64,000 nucleotides of DNA. Origin: a virus. Lineage: Duplodnaviria; Caudoviricetes. Both the position numbers and the translations under genes were made by a program. The DNA is taken from IMG/VR virus record IMGVR_UViG_2698537050_000003, positions 1 to 64,000 of that record. The stretch is one strand, 5' to 3'. Shown here piece after piece: positions 28,621 to 37,283 of this stretch (positions are counted from its first letter, which is position 1; each line of letters starts with the position of its first letter). Below the pieces are notes generated by a model, which saw nothing but the letters and a program-made list of their open reading frames with translations, ran no database searches and was not told the origin of the DNA.

Positions 28621-29388
28621 GTGAGCGACCGGCATATCCGCAGGTCAGGCTCGGACTACACCGACGCCTTCCTGTCGCTGCTGCCGCAGGGCCAGGCATG
28701 GCCGAAGCACGCGCCCGGCAGCGCGATGGTGCAGGGCATCACCGGCCTGTGTGACTACTGGGGCTTTGTCGATGGACGCGCCGCCGATCTCTTGGAGATC
28801 GAGAGCGACCCGCGCAGCACGGTCGAGCTGCTGCCAGACTGGGAGCGCAACTGGGGCCTGCCCGATCCCTGCTATACCGCGCCGCAGACCATCGGCCAGC
28901 GCCAGCTCGCGCTGGTCATGCGCATGACGATGCAGGGCGCGCAGAGCCGCGAGTTCTTCATCAACGTCGCGGCGCAGATCGGCTACACGATCACCATCAC
29001 CGAGTATCGCGTCTTCGTCGTCGGCATCGACCGCTGCGGGGACAGCCGCGTCTACGGCGACGGCTCGAACCCGATGTACAACGAATGGGGCCAGCCGATC
29101 CTCGACCCGAGCGGCGAGCCGGTCGCGAATGGCGAGCTGTCGGCGTGGCCGCAATACGGCCTCGGCCCTCCCGCGAACCGCTTCTATTGGACCGTGCATG
29201 TACACCAGGCCTCTCTGGTTTGGTTTCGCGTCACCAAGGGACAGTGCGGCGTCGATCCTCATCTGCGCATCGGGAAGGCCGACGATCTGGACTGTTTGCT
29301 CAATCGCTGGAAGCCAGCACACACCGAAATCATCTTCGACTATTCCGGTCTCGGCGATCCCGGTGATCCGATGGCCGGGACACCATGA
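28621..29388 (+). CDS. Mu gp48/YmfQ-like baseplate protein
   Basis: LLPQGQAW, E.DPRST.ELLPDWER..GLPD, KPAHT. Confidence 0.9.
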   Translation: MSDRHIRRSGSDYTDAFLSLLPQGQAWPKHAPGSAMVQGITGLCDYWGFVDGRAADLLEIESDPRSTVELLPDWERNWGLPDPCYTAPQTIGQRQLALVMRMTMQGAQSREFFINVAAQIGYTITITEYRVFVVGIDRCGDSRVYGDGSNPMYNEWGQPILDPSGEPVANGELSAWPQYGLGPPANRFYWTVHVHQASLVWFRVTKGQCGVDPHLRIGKADDLDCLLNRWKPAHTEIIFDYSGLGDPGDPMAGTP

Positions 29389-29990
29389 CGGAAAGGCGGC
29401 AACCGAACAGTCCTTGTTCGGAATGCCGCCAACAAAAACCGCGAACGCGAGAGTTTTATTATCGGGACAAGCGAGCATCGGATGGCCTGCATTCATGCTG
29501 CAAAGCCTGTCACTTGAAGCGAACCGCCGCCAATGAAAAGGCCCGCCCGAGAGATAGATCACAATACAATGCCGAGTGGGACGCGAAGAACCGCGAAGCT
29601 GTGCGTCGGCGGGCATCGCCAGCATTCCTAAAATGGCGGAAAGAAAACCGCGAAAAGCGGCTGGCATGGGAAGCTAACTATCGGCGCACGGAAGTCTTCC
29701 GCAAGGCGAATGCCGCACATCAGGAAAACAGGCGAGCGCGATTAGCTGGTGCCGAGGGCAGTCACACTGCGGCGGAATTCTTCGATGTGCTGATCGCGCA
29801 GGCCTTTCGCTGCTTCTATTGCGGCACTGACATCTCGAACGGCGCAACGGAAGATCACTTCATCCCGCTCAGTCGCGGCGGATCGAATTTTATCGAAAAC
29901 ATCCGAGCGGCCTGTCGCCCCTGCAACATAAAGAAGGGCAACAGACCAGCGGATCAGATGACAAGAGCGGGAGGCCGATTTGCAGTATAA
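29385..29990 (+). CDS. Free-standing HNH homing endonuclease
   Basis: CSEC/CKAC Zn fingers; CFYCG, EDHFIPLSRGGSN...NIRAACRPCN..K. Confidence 0.85.
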   Translation: MTERRQPNSPCSECRQQKPRTREFYYRDKRASDGLHSCCKACHLKRTAANEKARPRDRSQYNAEWDAKNREAVRRRASPAFLKWRKENREKRLAWEANYRRTEVFRKANAAHQENRRARLAGAEGSHTAAEFFDVLIAQAFRCFYCGTDISNGATEDHFIPLSRGGSNFIENIRAACRPCNIKKGNRPADQMTRAGGRFAV

Positions 29991-31278
29991 CCAGCCCTGG
30001 GGCGTCTCCGATACGAACGCTCCCTACATCAACGGCAACCCGTCCACCGGCACGATGGGCTCGATCCCGCCTGCGGCCTCGATTGAATATCCGCAGCGTG
30101 AAATCGTTGCGATGATCGCTGATGCAGGTATCACCCCGTCCAATGCCGACCTGACGCAGCTCGCGAAGGCGATCCAGTCCTGCTTCATCAACTACGTTCC
30201 CGACACCGGCACGGTGAACGCGCTCAACGTCACCATGTCGCCTGTGCCCGCCTATCGCGACGGCCTCGTGGTCCGCGTCAAGGTCTCGGTCAACAACACC
30301 GGCCCCGCGACCATCAACGTCAATGCACAAGGCGCGAAGAAGATCAGACGCAAGGGCGATACCGATCTGCTGGCGAACGATCTGGCGGCTGGTTCAATCG
30401 CCACGCTGACCTACAATTCGACGCTCAACGGCGGCGCTGGCGCTTTTGATCTTCTCGGTGCCGTGCAAGGCGGCACTACTGGACCAGCTGGCTGGCTGAC
30501 CGCCAACAAGGACATCTATGTCGATGCCAACATCGGCAACGACGCCAATGACGGCACCGATGCGACAGCCGCACACGCGCTGCGCACGATGCAGCATGCC
30601 GTCGACATCGCCTTCTCCTATCAGCCAAGCCAGTACGCGATCACCATCCACGCCGCAGCAGGCGACTACAATGGCACCTGCCAGACGCCGACATGGGGCG
30701 GCCCGCACCTCTACGTGATCGGCGCAGGCGCTACTGGCGCTACGACCAGCAGATTGCACGCAGGCAACGGCTACGGCTTCCTGTGCCAAGGGCCGGGCAA
30801 CTGGATGGATATCACTGGCTTTTATGCAGACAACACCGTTCCGAATTCTGGCCCCGCGCTGTTTACGTGCGGCACTGGCGCGTACATGCACACCCACGCC
30901 ACCGCGTCGGGCAATTGCGGCAACGGCTGCTTCCAAGTGCAGGGCGCGGGCTTGATGCAAGTCGGTGGCCCTCACTCCTTTAGCGGAAACACCTTCAATC
31001 CGTTCTACGTCAACATCCAAGGCTATATGTACATCGACCAGAATGCGCAGTTCACCATCACGACGCCGATCACGGTCTCGCAATGGGCGAACGTCGGCGA
31101 TCTCGGCGCTCTGATCGTGCCATCGCCTTCGGCGACTTTCGTCAATCCCGGCTACGTCACCGGCACCAAGTATAGCGTTTTCATGAACGGCTGCATCGAC
31201 GCGCAATCGCTGGGCTTCAATTATTTCCCCGGCACCGTCGCTGGCGTCAGCGGAAGCGGAGGGCAATACAAGCCATGA
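29980..31278 (+). CDS. Tail fibre protein
   Basis: N-terminal PQREIV..I..AG.TP...DLTQL.KAI anchor, NTGPATINVN, IYVD...GND.NDG; follows gp48. Confidence 0.85.
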   Translation: MQYNQPWGVSDTNAPYINGNPSTGTMGSIPPAASIEYPQREIVAMIADAGITPSNADLTQLAKAIQSCFINYVPDTGTVNALNVTMSPVPAYRDGLVVRVKVSVNNTGPATINVNAQGAKKIRRKGDTDLLANDLAAGSIATLTYNSTLNGGAGAFDLLGAVQGGTTGPAGWLTANKDIYVDANIGNDANDGTDATAAHALRTMQHAVDIAFSYQPSQYAITIHAAAGDYNGTCQTPTWGGPHLYVIGAGATGATTSRLHAGNGYGFLCQGPGNWMDITGFYADNTVPNSGPALFTCGTGAYMHTHATASGNCGNGCFQVQGAGLMQVGGPHSFSGNTFNPFYVNIQGYMYIDQNAQFTITTPITVSQWANVGDLGALIVPSPSATFVNPGYVTGTKYSVFMNGCIDAQSLGFNYFPGTVAGVSGSGGQYKP

Positions 31279-31925
31279 ACGATATCGCAAGAATGATCAA
31301 CGATTTGCAGACCGCAGCGATGACGCCGCTCGACCTCGCCGATCACTACTGGATCGTCGGCGGCGCGACCGATCAGGTCTATTCGAGCAAAACCAACACC
31401 TACGTGCCGCTCGATGATCCGGCCTATGTGCAGTTCCTCGCCGATGGCAAGTACCCGTCGCCCATCGCGGTCGAGGCCGACATCTGGCCGTGCCAGGCTG
31501 ACATCAAGCCAGCATGGCTGTTCAACGGCACCAGCTTCGCGCAGCCTGCGGTTGGCGCGTGGACCAAGACCCAGCTGCACGCCTATCAGGTGATGTCGCG
31601 CTATGACGCGGAACAAGGCGGCATGGTGCTGACATCGGGAATGCCAATCCTGACCAACGACCGCTCGCAGGCGAAGATCAGCGGAGCACGCCAAGCAGCC
31701 GAGAAGGACAGCGCCTTCACGACACAATGGCACGCGGCAGACGGCACCTTCTACTCGCTGGCGAGCGCCGATGTGATCGCGATGAGCGACGAGCTGCAGA
31801 CCCATATCGATAATTGCTTCTCGACATCGGCCACAGTCGCCGCCGACATCGAGGCCGGGACGACCACCACGACCGACCAGATCGACGCAGCATTCGCCGC
31901 AGTGGTCGCGGCGGCAAAAAAATAG
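31275..31925 (+). CDS. DUF4376-like fibre assembly protein
   Basis: RY..EQGG, TNDRSQAKISGA, W.AADG.F..L, HIDNCF. Confidence 0.75.
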   Translation: MNDIARMINDLQTAAMTPLDLADHYWIVGGATDQVYSSKTNTYVPLDDPAYVQFLADGKYPSPIAVEADIWPCQADIKPAWLFNGTSFAQPAVGAWTKTQLHAYQVMSRYDAEQGGMVLTSGMPILTNDRSQAKISGARQAAEKDSAFTTQWHAADGTFYSLASADVIAMSDELQTHIDNCFSTSATVAADIEAGTTTTTDQIDAAFAAVVAAAKK

Positions 31926-31936
31926 ACGCAGCGCCT

Positions 31937-32296
31937 ATGGCCACTGTCAACATCACCGTCGAGAATGACGCCGACTTCTATCGGCAGTTTCAGTATGCGA
32001 CAGCGAACCCGGATGGCAGCGCAGGGCCGCCGATCAACATCACCGGGGCCGCGCTGGAGATGATGCTGCGCTGGAATGCTGCGGATGACACAGCGGTGCT
32101 GCGGCTCGGCACCGACACCGGGGAGTTTGTGCTGACCAATCCGGCCAGCGGCCTGTTCACGCTCAAGATCAGCCAGTCAGTGCTGCAGCAGCTCGCGCTC
32201 GGCACCTATGCCCATTCCAACATCATGACGCTCGGCGGTCTGAAGTCCCGAATCTGGTCGGGCCAGATCACCATCAATCCGGGTCCGACGCGATGA
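31937..32296 (+). CDS. Hypothetical tail adaptor-like protein
   Basis: PINITGA.LEMMLR, G.FTLKIS, IWSG.ITI.PG.TR. Confidence 0.65.
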   Translation: MATVNITVENDADFYRQFQYATANPDGSAGPPINITGAALEMMLRWNAADDTAVLRLGTDTGEFVLTNPASGLFTLKISQSVLQQLALGTYAHSNIMTLGGLKSRIWSGQITINPGPTR

Positions 32297-34089
32297 GCGA
32301 TATCGTAGTCATCGCCGACTCCAATATCAGCATCGTCAACGAGATGGACGAGAACACGCTCGTTCTACTCTCGCCTAATGATGTCGAGACGATCTCGGTC
32401 AGCGAACAGGGGCCGCCTGGACCACCGGGACCGCAGGGACCGATAGGCCAGCAAGGCCCGCAGGGCAACACCGGCATTCAAGGTCCGGTAGGCCCGCAGG
32501 GGCCGCAGGGGCCGCAGGGCGCGGCCTCGACGGTGCCGGGACCGCAGGGACCGCAGGGGCCTCAAGGCAACCCCGGCGCTGATGGCAACACCGTGCTCTA
32601 TGGCGCTGCCGATCCGACAGCAGGCCAAGGCGTCAACGGCAACTTCTATATCAATACCACCACGCATTTCATGTTCGGCCCGAAGGCTGCTGGCGCATGG
32701 CCCGCAGGCACCTCGCTGATCGGCCCGCAAGGCGCGCAAGGCGTTCAGGGCATCCAAGGCGTTCAAGGCACCCCCGGCAATACCGTGCTCTATGGCGCTG
32801 GCGCGCCAGCAGCAGGCACTGGCGTTAACGGAAATTTCTACATCGACACGGCGGCCAATTTTATCTACGGCCCGAAGGCTGCAGGCGCATGGCCTGCGGG
32901 CACGTCGATGATCGGGCCGCAGGGACCGCAAGGCATCCAAGGTCCGGTAGGTCCGACAGGTCCGGTCCCTGAAGCGCCGACCGATGGCGCGATCTATGGC
33001 CGTCGCAATTCTCTCTGGGTGCCAGCCGCGCCGTTCGACGCGATGGCCTTCAACGGCATGCAGATCAACGGCTCCTGCGATGTCTCTATGTGGAATGGCA
33101 ACACGCAGGTCACGGCGGTCAACGGTGTCTATGTAATCGACAACTGGATCGTCAACGTCAGTTCGGGCAGCTTTACCACGGGGCAAGCTGCGACATCGGC
33201 AACAGCGCCGTTCGGTTCTTGCCTCCAGAACGGCATCCAGTTGGTGTCAGGGGCAGCATGGCCGATTGCTGCCGGTGATTATGCGTTCTTTCGCCATGTG
33301 ATCGAAGGCTATCGATGGGGCAAACTGGGCTGGGGCGCGGCCAACAATGCGCAGTCCGTCACCATCGGCTTCTGGGTTTATTCGCAGAACATCGCTGGCA
33401 CCGCCACGCTGGCGATCAAGAACGGCGCGGGCAACCGCAGCTATTTTGCACCCTTCACCGTCAACGCGGCCAACACATGGGAATATAAAACCGTCACGGT
33501 GCCGCCCGATGTGACCGGCACATGGGACAAGACCAACAACATAAGTGCCTATCTCAGTTTCTGCTTTGGCTGCGGCTCCACCTATAACGGCGCAACACCG
33601 AATGCGTGGGGCACCTACAGTGGTTTTGCCGTCCCTGCTCAAACCAACTTCTTTCAGGCTGGCGGTAGCAGCGCGGTGGCGATTGCTGGCCTGACCGCGA
33701 TCCCCGGCGCGCAGGGGCCGACCGCGCTGCAATCGGTCAATCTGGTTCGTCCCTTTATAATCGAGAAGAGCTATTGCCAGCGCTACTACTGGTCTGTCGC
33801 AGGCGCGACGACCTACGCCTTCGGCACGCTGCGCGGTGGCGGCACAGCGGCCTATTGGTCGGTAATCGTTCCGCCAGTGCCGATGCGCGCTTCCCCAACC
33901 GTTCGGCTCGGGACCAATGCCCAAGCTGCCTGCGGCGACACCTTTGTTGTTCTTTCGTCAATGACGGCGAGCCTGCAAGGCGACAACCTCATGGTCGCTC
34001 CGGTGTGGAGCACGGCCATCGGCTCGGCGGGCCAAGCGGCATCGCTCTATGCTGGCACCACGCCTACAGCCTTCGATGCGAGGATGTGA
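32293..34089 (+). CDS. Second fibre: collagen segments, duplicated module, beta-sandwich C-domain
   Basis: GXY tracts; GNTVLYGA...GPKAAGAWPAGTS twice (192-nt period); CQRYYW...MRASPT. Confidence 0.8.
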   Translation: MSDIVVIADSNISIVNEMDENTLVLLSPNDVETISVSEQGPPGPPGPQGPIGQQGPQGNTGIQGPVGPQGPQGPQGAASTVPGPQGPQGPQGNPGADGNTVLYGAADPTAGQGVNGNFYINTTTHFMFGPKAAGAWPAGTSLIGPQGAQGVQGIQGVQGTPGNTVLYGAGAPAAGTGVNGNFYIDTAANFIYGPKAAGAWPAGTSMIGPQGPQGIQGPVGPTGPVPEAPTDGAIYGRRNSLWVPAAPFDAMAFNGMQINGSCDVSMWNGNTQVTAVNGVYVIDNWIVNVSSGSFTTGQAATSATAPFGSCLQNGIQLVSGAAWPIAAGDYAFFRHVIEGYRWGKLGWGAANNAQSVTIGFWVYSQNIAGTATLAIKNGAGNRSYFAPFTVNAANTWEYKTVTVPPDVTGTWDKTNNISAYLSFCFGCGSTYNGATPNAWGTYSGFAVPAQTNFFQAGGSSAVAIAGLTAIPGAQGPTALQSVNLVRPFIIEKSYCQRYYWSVAGATTYAFGTLRGGGTAAYWSVIVPPVPMRASPTVRLGTNAQAACGDTFVVLSSMTASLQGDNLMVAPVWSTAIGSAGQAASLYAGTTPTAFDARM

Positions 34090-34307
34090 TGGCCTCCAAA
34101 TATCAGATCGTCGTTCCGAATGTGTCGGTGCTGCTCGTCGAGGAGCGCGCGACCATCCCATTCGATGAGGACAATCGCGACTATCGCGAATATCTCGCGT
34201 GGCTCGATGCAGGCGGCGTGCCCGATCCGCCTACGCCACAAGTCTCTCCTTCGCTTGACACCGTGAGCACGGGACAAACCGCTGTCCAAATTCTCGGAGC
34301 GACCTGA
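34089..34307 (+). CDS. Small fibre chaperone-like protein
   Basis: IPFDEDNRDYREYLAWL.AGG.P motif; coupled start. Confidence 0.7.
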   Translation: MASKYQIVVPNVSVLLVEERATIPFDEDNRDYREYLAWLDAGGVPDPPTPQVSPSLDTVSTGQTAVQILGAT

Positions 34308-34645
34308 TGTCCGCACTCGATCTGATCTCCGTCGCTTCAGATGCCACCTTCTCCGGTCGCGTCATGATGATCATGTTCAAGGTCGCGCAGCAGGTCTCAA
34401 GTGAAGACCCGGCGACCGTAAACCATACCGAACGCATCAACTATGCTGGCCTGGTGATCCGTGGCGAAGAGAAGCCGCAGGTGGCCTCCGCGCATGTCAT
34501 CTCATCGAACCCGACGATCTCGCAGGCTATCGAAAGCGATCCTCCAGCGCTCGGCTCCAACGTACCCGACAGCGATATCGAGTTCGCGCTGGATTCGATC
34601 TGGACCGCGCGCTCGCTGGCCTATGCTGCAATTGCGCCCGCATAA
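34307..34645 (+). CDS. Hypothetical phage protein
   Basis: Coupled start; phage-like codon usage. Confidence 0.7.
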   Translation: MSALDLISVASDATFSGRVMMIMFKVAQQVSSEDPATVNHTERINYAGLVIRGEEKPQVASAHVISSNPTISQAIESDPPALGSNVPDSDIEFALDSIWTARSLAYAAIAPA

Positions 34646-34802
34646 CCTACACTTTTGATGGCCTTCAGCCTCTGCAGCTAGACTTCGTTGCAAATTTGTA
34701 GGGGCCGTATCTTTACCTTTACGGCACGAAAGGCAGCCAGAACTGGCGTGCGGTTTTGTCGATCATCGATTTTGCAAAATGGGGCACCGCCGCCTTCTTG
34801 GG

Positions 34803-35056
34803 ATGGTGACCGTGACTCGCCAGCAAAAGATCACCCTCGGCGAAATGCGAGCGTCAGGCGTGCGCGGCCTGCTGATCTGTTGCATCGACTACCAATGCTC
34901 GCACTGGATCAGGACAGCGCGGATCAGTGGTCCGACGATGTGTGGCTGTCCGATCTCGAAGACAAGTTCACCTGCACCGCCTGCGGCACGCGCGGTGCCG
35001 ATGTCAGACCTGATTTCGACTGGGACAAGAAGGCGGCGGTTGATCAGACGGGGTGA
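34803..35056 (+). pseudogene. Frameshifted small Zn-ribbon hypothetical protein
   Basis: QKITLGEMRASGVRGLLICC.DY.CSH in one frame, DQWSDDV.LSDLE.KF.C.ACG.RGADVRPDF in another; shift near 34915. Confidence 0.7.
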
Positions 35057-35161
35057 AGAACTGCAAGCCACCCGGCGATGAGCCGGGTGATGGAGGCCTT
35101 GCGTGGGTGCGCGGCAGGCATAAACTCCAGCAGGAACCCGAAATTGAAAAAGGGGTTACAC

Positions 35162-35374
35162 ATGAAGAAGCACAGCAAATATCTGAACCGTGCTCCTGCC
35201 GCGCTTCAATACTTGTCAACGTCGTTTGGCAGAGGGATTTTCACTATTGCTGATATTCGAACGGCATTCCGCACTCGCTATGCCGACTGGATCGTTAAGC
35301 ATGAGCAAATCAAACGATGGATCACCAAGGTCGGTCGCAACCAGTACAAATTATTGAAACGCTATGCAGCGTGA
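35162..35374 (+). CDS. Small basic hypothetical protein
   Basis: AAGGGG RBS; low GC. Confidence 0.4.
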   Translation: MKKHSKYLNRAPAALQYLSTSFGRGIFTIADIRTAFRTRYADWIVKHEQIKRWITKVGRNQYKLLKRYAA

Positions 35375-35540
35375 CTGCCCGAAATGCATTCCGAGGCGAT
35401 ATCCACATGACAAATGATCCAGAAAATCCTGATCATCTGCTTTAGTGTCATGGACCACACGGCCCTAGTGGCCCAATGCGGCGCGAGCCCAAGCCGTAGC
35501 GGCTTGCCGATGCCCGCAGGACTGGCGCATCCTTCACGGC

Positions 35541-35981
35541 ATGGGCACCAAATCACGCGAATTGATTTACGGCAGTTCGATCCGGGCGTCGGCGGAACGC
35601 GCCGCCGCTGCCCGCAAGGAAGCCGACAAACTTGCCTGCGAAGCGTGGAACCAACGCATGCTCGGTTACAAGGGACCAGCCCAACCTTCGCCTGCCCTGG
35701 GCGACGCGCTCAATGCCGGTTATTGTTATCTCGAAGTCCGATGCCTTGGCTGTGACACTCACCAGACCGTCGCCTTGAACATCGTGCGACAGTCGAAGTC
35801 CACGCCGGTCCACGAACTAGAACGCTACATGCGCTGCAAGGATTGCTCGCAAGTGCGCGGCTATACTCCCTTAGTTGTCACACGGCGGCAAGGCTATCGG
35901 AGAAGCGTACACGGCGCCCCGGACCGCCGCCAGTCGGAGGCGGGACGAGGCTATGGTACTCGTGCTATGATATTTTCCTAA
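35541..35981 (+). CDS. Zn-ribbon hypothetical protein, C-terminus probably replaced
   Basis: PSPALGDALNAGY.YLEVRC.GC...RCKDC; conserved-looking part ends near VRGY (~35865). Confidence 0.6.
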   Translation: MGTKSRELIYGSSIRASAERAAAARKEADKLACEAWNQRMLGYKGPAQPSPALGDALNAGYCYLEVRCLGCDTHQTVALNIVRQSKSTPVHELERYMRCKDCSQVRGYTPLVVTRRQGYRRSVHGAPDRRQSEAGRGYGTRAMIFS

Positions 35982-35995
35982 GGGAAGGACAACCG

Positions 35996-36247
35996 ATGAC
36001 TCATGGAACTCCTCCATTCAGTGCCGATGCGGCACTTCGCCATTTCAGGTCCTATTTCACGGAACCAAAAGACGTTGTTGCGCATCCTCAGCTATCGCGG
36101 GATGAGAAGCTGGCGATATTGCGAGAATGGGAACAGGATGCCCTCCGCCTGTCTACGTCCGAGTCAGAAGGTATGGGTGGTGGAGAAGAGAGCATGCTTG
36201 GACGGGTGGAAGAGTCCATAGGGGTCCTGGAGCGATCGCCACGATGA
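35996..36247 (+). CDS. Conserved small hypothetical protein
   Basis: F..P.DVV.HP.LSRDEKLAILREWEQDA; GGAAGG RBS. Confidence 0.65.
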   Translation: MTHGTPPFSADAALRHFRSYFTEPKDVVAHPQLSRDEKLAILREWEQDALRLSTSESEGMGGGEESMLGRVEESIGVLERSPR

Positions 36248-36388
36248 TGCACGCCGCAGCTCGTTTCAAGGCAACTCGGGACGGACTGTCGGCTATCCAT
36301 TCAACGTCGCTGGTTCGTTGACCCTTGTTGCCGACCCTTGCGGAGCAACTTTCATCATGGCCAGAACCCACGTGGAGGGTGGGTGCCT

Positions 36389-36967
36389 TTAGGGCGACGC
36401 TTCATATAGAGCGCGGCCAGCGTGCATGATGCGCTCATCGCCTATAGCCACCAGCACGCTGTTTGCGATGTCGAAGATAGAGGTAACATGCGACTCATCG
36501 AATTGGTCGGCGGGCAGCGACGCGATTAACCAGTCATCTCGGTAAAGGCTGCCATGCTTCGTGTTTTGGAGCTCACCACTTTGGATGTGGGCTAGAAATT
36601 GTGCTTCGTCGCTTGAACGAAATGCTGCGCTTATACGTGCAATGGGATCGTCGTTTACTGGCTCGGCGTCAAGGTGACCAAATTTCTTGACGGCAAATGA
36701 AGCAAGGAGCAGCGAACCAATGGCCGCTTGTTTGCGGACGTGAGCCGTGCGCCTAATTACCGGCTTAGAGAGCGGCTGATCGCTTCCCCAGATGTCGAGG
36801 ATCACTTTCCCGATTTCTTCCAAGCCGAGCACAGCGAGCGCAAATGCGCTGGCGAAGCGGGTGTGATCGGCCAACAATTTTGCGTCCCATAAAAGGCGGT
36901 TAGCATTTGTGATGATCAGGGCGTGCTCGCTTGCCCTAGCTTCTAGGGTTTTGTCGTCGTTGATCAT
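36389..36967 (-). CDS. AbiV-family (HEPN) abortive infection protein
   Basis: NANRLLWDAKLL...SAFALAVLGLEEIGK, H..KQ, K..SLY.D. Confidence 0.8.
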   Translation of the reverse strand: MINDDKTLEARASEHALIITNANRLLWDAKLLADHTRFASAFALAVLGLEEIGKVILDIWGSDQPLSKPVIRRTAHVRKQAAIGSLLLASFAVKKFGHLDAEPVNDDPIARISAAFRSSDEAQFLAHIQSGELQNTKHGSLYRDDWLIASLPADQFDESHVTSIFDIANSVLVAIGDERIMHAGRALYEASP

Positions 36968-37063
36968 CCAAAGAACCGCCCTTTAGCCGTCGAGGTGCCG
37001 CAGTATCAAAGGCTCGGAACGCGTGAATATAACGCCTGAATATAGAGCCATCAACGTCTGGTG

Positions 37064-37172
37064 ATGGCAACTTTGAGACATCCCGGCAGCCGCATGGCAT
37101 GTCTGCTTACCGGGGAAGACCGGAAGTGGCCGGTGCACGGTCAAAACGTCGCTAATGACCCAAACCGGAAGT
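37064..37172. repeat. Palindromic intergenic repeat (family B)
   Basis: ATGTCTGCTTACCGGGGAAGACCGGAAGT...TGACCCAAACCGGAAGT. Confidence 0.55.
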
Positions 37173-37283
37173 CTCGCCAGTTCTTTGACAGGTGATATCC
37201 GCGCCGCGAGAAGATCGTTGGATGATAGCGGGGACATTTGCTTTCGAACCCTCGACCGCTTCCATTCGATCGCTTTTCGAGTG

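Larger units (their letters stand above)
1..34645 (+). mobile_element. Prophage/phage morphogenesis module (HK97-type head, Mu-like contractile tail); continues beyond left edge
   Basis: Co-oriented, mostly overlapping or abutting terminase, capsid, portal, sheath, tube, tape measure, baseplate and fibre genes. Confidence 0.95.

Noticed and set aside
32584-32925. Duplicated segment in fibre 2 as DGR template/variable repeat
   Set aside because: Both copies are in frame in one gene, differences are not adenine-specific, and no reverse transcriptase is in the window
1-34645. Gene transfer agent, tailocin or Mu-type transposable phage
   Set aside because: Full head and contractile tail with P27 terminase and HNH; no Mu transposase, and gene set unlike RcGTA
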